Source: Azolla caroliniana
Lineage: Eukaryota; Plantae; Polypodiophyta
Assembly (NCBI GenBank): GCA_043228905.1
Contig: JBHGNT010000020.1
Coordinates: 868,001-932,000 of the forward strand
Direction of reading: 5' to 3'
Length of the DNA: 64,000 nt
In this document: piece after piece, positions 41,206-55,541 of the stretch
Layout: each line of letters begins with the position of its first letter
Numbering within the stretch: position 1 is the stretch's first letter
The notes under the pieces: generated by a model
What the model was told of the DNA's origin: nothing
Databases searched by the model: none
The model's input: the letters and a program-made list of their open reading frames with translations, nothing else
Translations under genes and position numbers: made by a program

Positions 41206-41409
41206 TCATGACATCAATCTTCCTATCACCAACTCATTTCCCCCTTTATCACCACCCCCCCTATCATCAAGATCTTCCACCTTAAATCCTTATAGCCTTC
41301 CGTCTATTTACACTCTTATTACACCCCACTCACTATGATTATACTTTCCCTCTTTCTCCTCCCTTCCCCATTCTCAACATCCTATATAAACCACCATTTG
41401 TATTTCCAT

Positions 41410-41464
41410 GACCTTTTGCACTGATGAGCTCTAAGCGAGCGAAACTAGTTTGCTGCATAAGGTC
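41410..41464 (+). ncRNA. Minimal type I hammerhead ribozyme
   Basis: Stem I 5' GACCTTTTGCA, core CTGATGA (41421-41427), stem II GCTC/TAAGC/GAGC, GAAAC-TA-GTT (palindromic mini stem III; predicted cut after 41450), stem I 3' TGC[TGC bulge]ATAAGGTC. Confidence 0.8.
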
Positions 41465-41607
41465 TTTCCTTTCATTTTAATGAAAACTTCTTGAGTCTGT
41501 GTGTGTGTGTGTGCGCGCGCGCTTAGAATCTCTTCTTTTACTATTACATTATCTACTATCTCACAAAGTCGCACGCACTCCTTGCTACAACGGAACGGTT
41601 AATAACA

Positions 41608-44600
41608 GAAAAGGCTCAGTATTTATTCGCACAGGTATAAAACACACATTTATATGCGACTACTCCATAATAATTTTATCTTATATATTTTTTGTTTTCA
41701 ATGAACTTCCATTGTAACCAACTGGAAATGGCGCTTGTAGTTCAATTGTTAGGATAATTGCCTTCCAAGCAATAGACCCGAGTTCACCTCTCGGCAAGCG
41801 CATACCATCTTATTTTAACCAGTACTCACAATCTAAAAGAAAAATCTATTCAAGTCCCTTTGATAATGTCATGGTCTTCGAGAGTTTCATTAGCAGAGGT
41901 TAAAAACTCTCCAACAAATTGAAGTCCTATAAATATTTGGTCCAAAAACAGTTTTAATAAACTAGATTAGATTTTATCTTATAAGAAACTTAGGGTCAAC
42001 TTTTGGTCGCTCACATAGATCATAGAAAACATTAAGGACTTAGGTTTGATAAGAGATATTTGTACGGCTTTAGCCCTACAATTACGATATTTTTTTTGAA
42101 AGCAATAACCAACGTTTCAATATTCCGCAAGCGCAAGCTATGTCCTTTAGAGCGGTACACGAATTGGATAAACAAAATGTATTCGATAGATTCGAGAATA
42201 TAAAATTGTTCAATGACTTTCATAAGTAGATTGTAAGAACACGAGATCAAATTGAATTAATCTGATGATTAGCTTACATAGGTTGTTTTTGTGGATTTCT
42301 TTCATTTGTATGCGAGAAGAAAGTCAGGTTCAGTTTTTATTCACACAGGTATGGGACTCCCATAATTATGCGACTACTCAACAATAATTTTATCTTGCGT
42401 ATTTTAAGTTTCTAATAAGCTTCCACTGGAAGTAGATGGAAATTGTGCTTGTAGTCCAACGGTTAGGATAATTGTCTTCCAAGCAATAAACCTGAGTTCA
42501 ACTCTCGGCAAGTGCATACCATGTTATTCAACCAGTACTCACGATCTAAAAGAGAAATCTATTCAAGTCCCTTTCATAATGTTACGTTCTTCGAGAGCTT
42601 CGTTACGTTCTTCGAGAGTTTCATTAGAAAAGGTTAAAACGTCTCCGACAAATTGAAGTCCCATAAATATTTGGCCCAAAAACGGTTTTTAGAAACTAGA
42701 TTCGTTTTTATCTTATAAGAGACTCACATTTATATGCGACTACTCAACAATAATTTTATCTTGTGTATTTTTAGTTTTTGATAAACTTCCATTAGAATCA
42801 AGTTAAAATTGCGCTTGTAGTCCAACGGTTAGGATAATTGCCTTCCATGCAATATACCCGAGTTCAACTCTCGGCAGGCGCATACCATGTTATTCCAACC
42901 AGTACTCATCTAAAAGAGAAATCTATTCAAGTCACATTCATAATGTTACGTTCTCGAGAGTTTCGTTACGTTCTTCGAGAGTTTCATTAGAAGAGGTTAA
43001 AATGTCTCCACCAAATTGATGTCCCATAAATATTTGGCCCAAAAACCGTTTTTAGAAACTAGATTCGTTTTTATCTTATAAGAGACTCACATTTATATGC
43101 GACTACTCAACAATAAGTTTATCTTGTGTATTTTTTGTTTTTGATAAACTTCCATTAGAATCAGGTTGAAATTGCGCTTGGAGTTCAATAGTTAGGATAA
43201 TTGCCTTCCAAGCAATAGCCTTGAGTTCAACTCTCGGCAGGCGCATACCATGTTATTGCAACCAGTACTCACAATCTAAAAGAGAAATCTATTCAACTCC
43301 CGTTCATAATGTCACGTTCTTCGAGAGTTTCATTAGCAAAGGTTAAAAATTCTCCAAAAATTGAAGTGCTATAAATATTTCGTCCAAAGACAATTTTAAT
43401 AAATGTGATTCGTTTTTATCTTATCAGAAACTTGGCCTCACGTTTTGGTCGCTCACATAAAACATAGAAAACATTCAGGACTCAAGTTTGATATGAGATA
43501 TTTGTGCGGCTTTACCCGTACAATTAGAATATTTTTCTTGAAAGGAATCACCAACGTTTCAATATTCCGCACGCGCAAACTATGTCCTGTAGAGCGGTAC
43601 TCGAATTGGATAAACAAAACGTATTCGATAGATTCAAGAATATAAAATTATTCAATCACTTTCATAAGTAGATTGTAAGAACAGGAGATCAAATTGAATT
43701 AATCTGATGATTAGCTTACATATGTTGTTTTTGTGGTATTCTTTCATTTGTTTGCGAGAAGAAAGTATTGTTCACCCTTTATTTGCACAAGTATAGGACT
43801 CCCATAATTATGCGATTACTCAACAATAATATTATCTTGCGTATTTTAAGTTTCTGATAAGCTTCCACTGGAAGTAGATGGAAATTGTGCTTGTAGTCCA
43901 ATGGTTATGATATTTGGCTTCCAAGCAATAGACCCGAGTTCAATTCTAACCAAGCGCATACCATGTTATTCAACCATTACTCACGATCTAAAAGAGAAAT
44001 CTATTCAAGTCGCTTTCATAATGTTATGTTCTATGAGTGTTTCGTTACGTTCATCCATAGTTTCAATAGAAGAGGTTAAAATGTCTCCAACAAATTGAAG
44101 TCCCATAAATATGTGGCCCAAAAACCGTTTTTAGAAACTAGATTCGTTTTTATCTTATAAGAGACTCAAATTTATATGGGACTACTAACCAATAAATTTA
44201 TCTTCTGTATTTTATGTTTTTGATAAACTTCCATTAGAATAAGGTTGAAATTGCTTGTAGTCAAAACATAGAAAACATTAAGCAGTCGGGTTTGATATGA
44301 GATATTTGTGCGGCTTTAGCCGTACAATTAGGATATTTTTCTTGAAAGCAATCACCAACATTTCAATATTCCGCAAGCACAACCAATGTCCTTTAGAGCG
44401 GTACTCGAATTGGATAAACAAAATGTATTCGATAGATTCGAGAATATATCGTAATTGAATTACTTTCATAATTAGATTGTAAGAACACGAGATAAAAATG
44501 AATTAATCTATTGATTAGCTTACATAGCTTGGTTTTATGGATTTCTTTCATTTGTATGCGAGAAGAAAGTAATGTTCAGTTTTTATTCACACAGCTATAG

Positions 44601-47600
44601 GACTCCCATAATTATGCGACCACCCTACAATAATTTTATCTTCCCTATTTCAAGTTTCTAATAAGCTTCTACTGGAAGTAGATGGAAATTGCGCTTGTAG
44701 TCCAACGGTTAGGATAATTGCGCTTGTAGTCCAACGGGTTTTAGAAACTAGATTCCTTTTTATGTTTTAAGAGACTCACATTTATATGCGACTACACAAC
44801 AATAAATTTATTTTGTGTATTTTATGTTTTTGATAAACTTCCATTAGAATCAAGTTGAAATTGCGCTTGTAGTCTAACGGTTAGGGTAATTGCCTTCCAA
44901 GGAATAAACCCGAGTTCAACTCTCGGCATGCGCATACCATGTTATTGCAACCAGTACTCACGATCTAAAAGAGAAATCTATTCAAGTCCCGTTTATAATG
45001 TCACGTTCTTCGAGAGTTTCATTAGCAGAGGTTAAAAAGTATCCAACAAATTGAAGTCCTATAAATATTTGGTCAAAAAACAGTTTTAATAAAATAGATT
45101 CGTTTTTATCATTTCAGAAACTTAGGGTTACGTTTTGGTCGCTCACATAAAACGTAGAAAACATTAAGGACTCGGATTTGATATGAGATATTTGTACGGC
45201 TTTAGCCGTACAATTAGGATATTTTTCTTGAAAGCAATCACCAACATTTCAATATTCCGCAAGCGCAACCAATGTCCTTTACAGCGGTACTCGAACTGGA
45301 TAAACAAAATGTATTCGATAGGACTCCCGTAAATATGCGACTACCCAATAATAATTTTATCTTCCCTATTTTAAGTTTCTGATAAGCTTCCACTGGAAGT
45401 AGATGGAAATTGCGCTTGTAGTCCAACGGTTAGGATAATTTCCTTCCACGAAATAGACTCGACTTCAACTCTCCGCAAGCGCATACAATGTTATTTCAAC
45501 TAGTACTAACGATCCAAAAGAAAAATATATTCAAGTCCGTTCATAATGTTACGTTCTTCCAGAGTTTCATTAGCAGAGGTTAAAATGTCTCCAACAAATT
45601 GAAGTCCCATAAATATTTTGTCCAAAAACGGTTTTAATTAAAATGTCTCCAACAAATTGAAGTCCCATCAATGTTTTGCTCAAAAACGTTTTTAATAAAG
45701 TAGATACGTTTTTATCTTATAAGATACATAGGATCACCTTCTGGTAGCTCACATAAAACGTAGAAAAAACATTAAGGACTCAGGTTCGATATGAGATATT
45801 TGTGTGGCTTTAGCCGTACAATTAGGATATTTTTTCGTGAAAGAAATAACCAACGTTTCAATATTCCGCACGCGCAAACTATGTCCTTTACAGCGGTACT
45901 CTAATTGGATAAACAAAGAGTATTCGATAGATTCGAGAATATAAAATTATTCAATCACTTTCATTAGTAGATTGTAAGAACATGAGATCAAATTGAATTA
46001 ATTTGATGATTAGCTTACATAGGTTGTTTTTGTGGATTTCTTTCATTTGTATGCGAGAAGAAAGTATTGTTCAGTTTTTATTCGCACATGTATAGGACGC
46101 CCATAATTATGCGATTACCCAACAATAATTTTATCTTGCGTATGTTAGGTGTTTGATAAGCTTCCACTGAAACTAGATGGAAATTGCGGTTGTAGTCCAA
46201 CGGTTAGGATAATTCCCTTCCAAGGAATAGACCCGAGTTCAACTCTCGGCAAACGCATACCATGTTATTCAACCAATACTCACGATCTAAAAGAGAAATC
46301 TATTCAAGCCCCGTTCATAATGTTACGTTCTTCCAGAGTTTCAGTAGAAGAGGTTAAAATGTCTCCAACAAATTAAAGTCCCATAAATATTTAGCCCAAA
46401 AACGAGTTTTAAAAACTAGATTCGTTTTACGTTTTAAGAGACTCACATTTATATGCGACTACACAACAATAAATTTATTTTGTGTATTTTATGTTTTTGA
46501 TAAACTTCCATTCGAATCAGGTTGAAATTGCGCTTGTAGTCTAACGGTTAGGATAATTGCCTTCCAAGGAATAGACCCGAGTTTAACTTTCGGCATGCGC
46601 ATACCATGTTATTGCAACCAGTACTCACTATCTAAAAGAGAAATCTATTCAACTCCCGTTCATAATGTCATGTTCTTCGAGAGTTTCATTAGTAGATGTT
46701 GAAAAGTCTCCAACAAATTGAAGTCCTATAAATATTTGGTCCAAAAACGGTTTTAATAAACTTGATTCGTTTTTATGTTATCAGAAACTTAGGGTTACGT
46801 TTTGGTCTCTCATATAAAACATAGAAAACATTAAGGACTCGGGTTTTATATGACATATTTGTGCGGCTTTAGCCGTACAATTAGGATATTTTTCTTGAAA
46901 GCAATCACCAACATTTCAATATTCTGCAAGCGCAACCAATGTCCTTTAGAGCAGTACTCGAATTGGATAAACAAAATGTATTCGATAGATTCGAGAATAT
47001 ATCATTATTGAATGACTTTCATAATTAGATTGTACGAACACAAGATAAAAATGAATTAATATGTAGATTAGCTTACATAGGTTGTTTAAGTGGATTTCTT
47101 TCATCCAACGGTTAGGATAATTGCCTTCCAAGCAATAGACCCGAGTTCAACTCTCGGCAAGCGCATACCATGTTATTTCAACCAGTACTCACGATCTACA
47201 ACAGAAATTTGTTGAAGTCCCTATCGTAATGTTACGTTCTTCGACAATTTCATTAGCAGAGGTTTAAATGTCTCCAACTAATTGATGTCCTATAAATATT
47301 TTGTGCAAAAACCGTTTGAATAAACAAGATTCCTTTTTATCTTATAAGAAACAAAGCGTCACCGTCTGGTCGCTCACATAGAACATAGAAAACATCAAGG
47401 AGTCAAGTTTGATCTGAGATATTTGTGCGGCTTTAGCCTTACAAATAGGATATTTTTCTTGAAAGCAATAACCAACATTTCAATATTCCGCAAGCGCAAG
47501 CTATGTCCTTTACATCGATACTCGAATTGGATAGAGAAAATGTATTCGAAACATTCGAGAATATAAAATTGTTGAATGACTCTCATAATTAGTTATTAAG

Positions 47601-50600
47601 AACAAGAGATAAAAATAAATTAATCTGTTGATTAGCTTACATAGCTTGGTTTTGTTGATTTCTTTCATTTGTATGCGAGAAGAAAGTAAGGTTCAGTTTT
47701 TATTCGTACAGGTATAGGACTCCCATAATTATGCGACTACTCAACAATAATTTTATCTTGCCTATTGTAAGTTTCTCATAAGCTTCGACTCAAGTAGATG
47801 GAAATTGGGCTTGTAGTCCAACGGTTAGGATAATTGCCTTCCAAGCAATGGACCCGAGTTCAACTCTCGGCAAGCGCATACCATGTTATTTCAACCAGTA
47901 CCTAGGATCTATAATAGAAATCTATTGAACTGCCTGTCGTAATGTTACGTTCTTCGACAGTTTCATTAGCAGAGGTTTAAATGTCTCCAACAAATTGATG
48001 TCCTTTAAATATTTTGTGCAAAAACGATTTGAATAAACTAGATTCCTTTTTATCTTATAAGAAACATAGCGTCACCTTCTGGTCGCTCACATAATACATT
48101 TATAATATTAAGGACTCAGGTTTGATATGAGATATTTGTACGGCTTTAGCCGTACAATCAGGATATTTTCCTTGAATGCAATAACCAATGTTTCAATATT
48201 CCGCAAGTGCAAGGTATGTCCTTTAGAGCGATTATCGAATTGGATAGACAAAATGTATTCGATAGATTCGAGAATATAAGATTGTTGAATGACTTTCATA
48301 ATTAGATTGTAAGAACAAGAGATAAAATTGAATTAATATGTTGATTAGCTTACAAAGCTTTGTTTTGTGGATTTCTTTCATTTGTATGCGAGAAGAAAGT
48401 AAGTTGAAGTTTTTATTCGTACAGGTATAAGACTCCCATAATTATGCGACTACTCAACAATAATTTTATTTTTCCTATTTCAAGTTTCTCATAAGCTTCG
48501 ACTCAAGAAGATGGAAATTGCGCTTGTAGTCCAACGGTTAGGATAATTGCCTTCCAAGCAATAGACCCGAGTTCAACTCTCGGCAAGCGCATACCATGTT
48601 ATTTCAACCAGTACTCACGATCTACAATAGAAATCTATTGAAGAACCTGTCGTAATGTTACTTTCTTCGACAGTTTCATTAGCAGAGGTTTAAATGTCTC
48701 CAACAAATTCATGTCCTATAAATATTTTGTGCAAAAACCGTCTGAATTAACTAGATTCCTTTTTTTCTTATAAGAAACATAGCGTCACCTTCTGGTCGCT
48801 CACATAATACATAGAAAACATCAAGGAGTCAGGTTTGATATGAGATATTTGTGCGGCTTTAGACGTACAAATAGGATATTTTTCTGGAAAGCAATAACCA
48901 ACGTTTCAATATTCCGCAAGCGCAAGCTATGTCCTTTACAGCGATACTCGAATTGGATAGACAAAATGTATTCGAAAGATTCGAAAATATAAAATTGTTG
49001 AATGACTCTCATAATTAGATTATAAGAATAAGAGATAAAAATGAATTAATCTGTTGATTAGATTACATAGCTTGGTTTTCTTGATTTCTTTCATTTGTAT
49101 GCGAGAAGAAAGTAAGGTTCAGTTTTTATTCGATTGTTGAATGACTTTCATAATTAGATTGTAAGAACAAAAGATAAAAATGAATTAATTTGTTGATTAG
49201 CTTACAAAGCTTGGTTTTGTGGATTTCTTTCATTTGTATGCGAGAAGAAAGTAAGGTGCAGTTTTTATTCGTACAGGTATAGGACTCCCTCAATTATGCG
49301 ACTACTCAACAATAATTTTATCTTTCCTATTTCAAGTTTCTCATAAGATACCACAGAAGTAGATGGAAATTGCGCTTGTAGTCCAACGGTTAGGATAATT
49401 GCCTTCCAAGCAATAGACCCGAGTTCAATTCTCGGCAAGCGCATACTATGTTATTTCAACCAGTACTCACGATCTACAACAGAAATTTGTTGAAGTCCCT
49501 ATCGTAATTTTACGTTCTTCGACAGTTTCATTAGCAGAGGTTTAAATGTCTCCAACAAATTGATGTCCTATAAATATTTTGTGCAAAAACGGTTTGAATA
49601 AACTAGATTCCTTTTTATCTTATAAGAAACATAGCGTCACCTTCTGGTCGCTCACATAATACATTTATAATATTAAGGAGTCAGGTTTGATTTGAGATAT
49701 TTGTACGGCTTTAGCCGTACAATCAGGATATTTTCCTTGAATGCAATAACCAATGTTTCAATATTCCGCAAGTGCAAGCTATGTCCTTTAGAGCGATTAT
49801 CGAATTGGATAGAGAAAATGTATTCGATAGATTCGAGAATATAAGATTGTTGAATGACTTTCATAATTAGATTGTAAGAACAAGAGATAAAAATGAATTA
49901 ATTTGTTGATTAGCTTACAAAGCTTGCTTTTGTGGATTTCTTTCATTTGTATGCGAGAAGAAAGTAAGGTGCAGTTTTTATTTGTACAGGTATAGGACTC
50001 CCTCAATTATGCGACTACTCAACAATAATTTTATCTTGCCTATTTCCAGTTTCTCATAAGATACCACAGAAGTAGATGGAAATTGCGCTTGTAGTCCAAC
50101 GGTTAGGATAATTGCCTTCCAAGCAATAGACCCGAGTTCAATTCTCGGCAAGCGCATACCATGTTATTTCAACCAGTACTCACGATCTACAACAAAAATT
50201 TATTGAAGTCCCTGTCCTAATGTTACGTTCTTCGAGAGTTTCATTAGCAGAGGTTTAAATGTCTCCAACAAATTCATGTCCTATAAATATTTTGTGCAAA
50301 AACGGTTATAATAAACTAGATTCCTTCTTATCTTATAAGAAACATAACGTCACCTTCTTGTCGCTGACATAAAACATAGAAAACATCAAGGAGTCAGGTT
50401 TGATATGAGATATTTGTGTGGCTTTAGCCGTACAAATAGGATATTTTCTTGAAAGCAATAACCAACGTTTCAATATTCCGCAAGCGCAAGCTATGTCCTC
50501 TACAGCGATACTCGAATTGGATAGACAAAATGTATTCGATAGATTCGAGAATATAAAATTGTTGAATGACTCTTATAATTAGATTGTAAGAACAAGAGAT

Positions 50601-53600
50601 AAAAATGAATTAATCTGTTGACTAGCTTACATAGCTTGGTTTTGTTGATTTCTTTCATTTGTATCCGAGAAGAAAGTAAGGTTCAGTTTTTATTCGATTG
50701 CTGAATGACTTTCATAATTAGATTGTAAGAACAAGAGATAAAAATGAATTAATTTGTTGATTAGCTTACAAAGCTTGGTTTTGTGGATTTCTTTCATTTG
50801 TATGCGAGAAGAAAGTAAGTTGAAGTTTTTATTCGTACAGGTATAAGACTCCCATAATTATGCGACTACTCAACAATAATTTTATTTTTCCTATTTCAAG
50901 TTTCTCATAAGCTTCGACTCAAGAAGATGGAAATTGCGCTTGTAGTCCAACGGTTAGGATAATTGCCTTCCAAGCAATAGACCCGAGTTCAACTCTCGGC
51001 AAGCGCATACCATGTTATTTCAACCAGTACTCACGATCTACAATAGAAATCTATTGAAGAACCTGTCGTAATGTTACTTTCTTCGACAGTTTCATTAGCA
51101 GAGGTTTAAATGTCTCCAACAAATTCATGTCCTATAAATATTTTGTGCAAAAACCGTCTGAATTAACTAGATTCCTTTTTTTCTTATAAGAAACATAGCG
51201 TCACCTTCTGGTCGCTCACATAATACATAGAAAACATCAAGGAGTCAGGTTTGATATGAGATATTTGTGCGGCTTTAGACGTACAAATAGGATATTTTTC
51301 TGGAAAGCAATAACCAACGTTTCAATATTCCGCAAGCGCAAGCTATGTCCTTTACAGCGATACTCGAATTGGATAGACAAAATGTATTCGAAAGATTCGA
51401 AAATATAAAATTGTTGAATGACTCTCATAATTAGATTATAAGAATAAGAGATAAAAATGAATTAATCTGTTGATTAGATTACATAGCTTGGTTTTCTTGA
51501 TTTCTTTCATTTGTATGCGAGAAGAAAGTAAGGTTCAGTTTTTATTCGATTGTTGAATGACTTTCATAATTAGATTGTAAGAACAAAAGATAAAAATGAA
51601 TTAATTTGTTGATTAGCTTACAAAGCTTGGTTTTGTGGATTTCTTTCATTTGTATGCGAGAAGAAAGTAAGGTGCAGTTTTTATTCGTACAGGTATAGGA
51701 CTCCCTCAATTATGCGACTACTCAACAATAATTTTATCTTTCCTATTTCAAGTTTCTCATAAGATACCACAGAAGTAGATGGAAATTGCGCTTGTAGTCC
51801 AACGGTTAGGATAATTGCCTTCCAAGCAATAGACCCGAGTTCAATTCTCGGCAAGCGCATACTATGTTATTTCAACCAGTACTCACGATCTACAACAGAA
51901 ATTTGTTGAAGTCCCTATCGTAATTTTACGTTCTTCGACAGTTTCATTAGCAGAGGTTTAAATGTCTCCAACAAATTGATGTCCTATAAATATTTTGTGC
52001 AAAAACGGTTTGAATAAACTAGATTCCTTTTTATCTTATAAGAAACATAGCGTCACCTTCTGGTCGCTCACATAATACATTTATAATATTAAGGAGTCAG
52101 GTTTGATTTGAGATATTTGTACGGCTTTAGCCGTACAATCAGGATATTTTCCTTGAATGCAATAACCAATGTTTCAATATTCCGCAAGTGCAAGCTATGT
52201 CCTTTAGAGCGATTATCGAATTGGATAGAGAAAATGTATTCGATAGATTCGAGAATATAAGATTGTTGAATGACTTTCATAATTAGATTGTAAGAACAAG
52301 AGATAAAAATGAATTAATTTGTTGATTAGCTTACAAAGCTTGCTTTTGTGGATTTCTTTCATTTGTATGCGAGAAGAAAGTAAGGTGCAGTTTTTATTTG
52401 TACAGGTATAGGACTCCCTCAATTATGCGACTACTCAACAATAATTTTATCTTGCCTATTTCCAGTTTCTCATAAGATACCACAGAAGTAGATGGAAATT
52501 GCGCTTGTAGTCCAACGGTTAGGATAATTGCCTTCCAAGCAATAGACCCGAGTTCAATTCTCGGCAAGCGCATACCATGTTATTTCAACCAGTACTCACG
52601 ATCTACAACAAAAATTTATTGAAGTCCCTGTCGTAATGTTACGTTCTTCGAGAGTTTCATTAGCAGAGGTTTAAATGTCTCCAACAAATTCATGTCCTAT
52701 AAATATTTTGTGCAAAAACGGTTATAATAAACTAGATTCCTTCTTATCTTATAAGAAACATAACGTCACCTTCTTGTCGCTGACATAAAACATAGAAAAC
52801 ATCAAGGAGTCAGGTTTGATATGAGATATTTGTGTGGCTTTAGCCGTACAAATAGGATATTTTCTTGAAAGCAATAACCAACGTTTCAATATTCCGCAAG
52901 CGCAAGCTATGTCCTCTACAACGATACTCGAATTGGATAGACAAAATGTATTCGATAGATTCGAGAATATAAAATTGTTGAATGACTCTTATAATTAGAT
53001 TGTATGAACAAGAGATAAAAATGAATTAATCTGTTGACTAGCTTACATAGCTTGGTTTTGTTGATTTCTTTCATTTGTATCCGAGAAGAAAGTAAGGTTC
53101 AGTTTTTATTCGATTGCTGAATGACTTTCATAATTAGATTGTAAGAACAAGAGATAAAAATGAATTAATTTGTTGATTAGCTTACAAAGCTTGGTTTTGT
53201 GGATTTCTTTCATTTGTATGCGAGAAGAAAGTAAGGTGCAGTTTTTATTCGTACAGGTATAGGACTCCCTCAATTATGCGACTACTCAACAATAATTTTA
53301 TCTTGCCTATTTCAAGTTTCTCATAAGATACCACAGAAGTAGATGGAAATTGCGCTTGTAGTCCAACGGTTAGGATAATTGCCTTCCAAGCAATAGACCC
53401 GAGTTCAATTCTCGGCAAGCGCATACCATGTTATTTCAACCAGTACTCACGATCTACAACAGAAATTTGTTGAAGTCCCTATCGTAATTTTACGTTCTTC
53501 GACAGTTTCATTAGCAGAGGTTTAAATGTCTCCAACAAATTGATGTCCTATAAATATTTTGTGCAAAAACGGTTTGAATAAACTAGATTCCTTTTTATCT

Positions 53601-55541
53601 TATAAGAAACATAGCGTCACCTTCTGGTCGCTCACATAATACATTTATAATATTAAGGAGTCAGGTTTGATTTGAGATATTTGTACGGCTTTAGCCGTAC
53701 AATCAGGATATTTTCCTTGAATGCAATAACCAATGTTTCAATATTCTGCAAGTGCAAGCTATGTCCTTTAGAGCGATTATCGAATTGGATAGAGAAAATG
53801 TATTCGATAGATTCGAGAATATAAGATTGTTGAATGACTTTCATAATTAGATTGTAAGAACAAGAGATAAAAATGAATTAATTTGTTGATTAGCTTACAA
53901 AGCTTGGTTTTGTGGATTTCTTTCATTTGTATGCGAGAAGAAAGTAAGGTGCAGTTTTTATTTGTACAGGTATAGGACTCCCTCAATTATGCGACTACTC
54001 AACAATAATTTTATCTTGCCTATTTCAAGTTTCTCATAAGATACCACAGAAGTAGATGGAAATTGCGCTTGTAGTCCAACGGTTAGGATAATTGCCTTCC
54101 AAGCAATAGACCCGAGTTCAATTCTCGGCAAGCGCATACCATGTTATTTCAACCAGTACTCACGATCTACAACAGAAATTTATTGAAGTCCCTGTCGGAA
54201 TGTTACGTTCTTCGACAGTTTCATTAGCAGAGGTTTAAATGTCTCCAACAAATTCATGTCCTATAAATATTTTGTGCAAAAACCGTTTGAATAAACTAGA
54301 TTCCTTTTTATCTTATAAGAAACATAGCGTCACCTTCTGGTCGCTCACATAAAACATAGAAAACATCAAGGAGTCAGGTTTGATATGAGATATTTGTGTG
54401 GCTTTAGCCGTACAAATAGGATATTTTCTTGAAAGCAATAACCAACGTTTCAATATTCCGCAAGCGCAAGCTATGTCCTTTACAGCGATACTCGAATTGG
54501 ATAGACAAAATGTATTCGAAAGATTCGAGAATATAAAATTGTTGAATGACTCTCATAATTAGATTGTAAGAATAAGAGATAAAAATGAATTAATCTGTTG
54601 ATTAGATTACATAGCTTGGTTTTCTTGATTTCTTTCATTTGTATGGGAGAAGAAAGTAAGTTGCAGTTTTTATTCGTACAGGTATAGGACTCCCTTAATT
54701 ATGCGACTACTCAACAATAATTTTATCTTGCCTATTTTAAGTTTCTCATAAGATTCCACAGAAGTAGAGGGAAATTGCGCTTGTAGTCCAACGGTTAGGA
54801 TAATTGCCTTCCAAGCAATAGACCCGAGTTCAACTCTCGGCAAGCGCATACCATGTTATTTCAACTAGTACTCACGATCTACAACAGAAATTTGTTGAAG
54901 TCCCTGTCGTAATTTTACGTTCTTCGAGAGTTTCATTAGCAGAGGTTTAAATGTCTCCAACAAATTGATGTCCTATAAATATTTTGTGCAAAAACGGTTT
55001 GAATAAACTAGATTCCTTTTTATCTTATAAGAAACATAGCGTCACCTTCTGGTCGCTCACATAATACATTTATAATATTAAGGAGTCAGGTTTGATTTGA
55101 GATATTTGTACGGCTTTAGCCGTACAATCAGGATATTTTCCTTGAATGCAATAACCAATGTTTCAATATTCCGCAAGTGCAAGCTATGTCCTTTAGAGCG
55201 ATTATCGAATTGGATAGAGAAAATGTATTCGATAGATTCGAGAATATAAGATTGTTGAATGACTTTCATAATTAGATTGTAAGAACAAGAGATAAAAATG
55301 AATTAATATGTTGATTAGCTTACAAAGCTTGGTTTTGTGGATTTCTTTCATTTGTATGCGAGAAGAAAGTAAGGTGCAGTTTTTATCCGTACAGGTATAG
55401 GACTGCCTCAATTATGCGACTACTCAACAATAATTTTATCTTGCCTATTTCAAGTTTCTCATAAGATACCACAGAAGTAGATGGAAATTGCGCTTGTAGT
55501 CCAACGGTTAGGATAATTGCCTTCCAAGCAATAGACCCGAG
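41608..55541. repeat. Satellite array segment; homogenised 713-bp monomers with higher-order repeats from ~47100
   Basis: Equivalent spurious ORFs recur at spacings of 713 (47395/48108/48821), 852, 1564, 1425 and 2416 bp. Confidence 0.97.

Larger units (their letters stand above)
40809..41607. mobile_element. Non-coding LTR-like insert (left end probably truncated) with divergent TATA boxes, a tRNA-like motif and a hammerhead ribozyme
   Basis: Interrupts the satellite at gaagaaagta|aggctc and ends AATAACA. Minus-strand CACTATAAAAGG at ~41021-41032, plus-strand CCTATATAAA at 41381-41390, (GA)n and (GT)n(GC)n tracts. No TG at the left end and no TSD. Confidence 0.6.
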
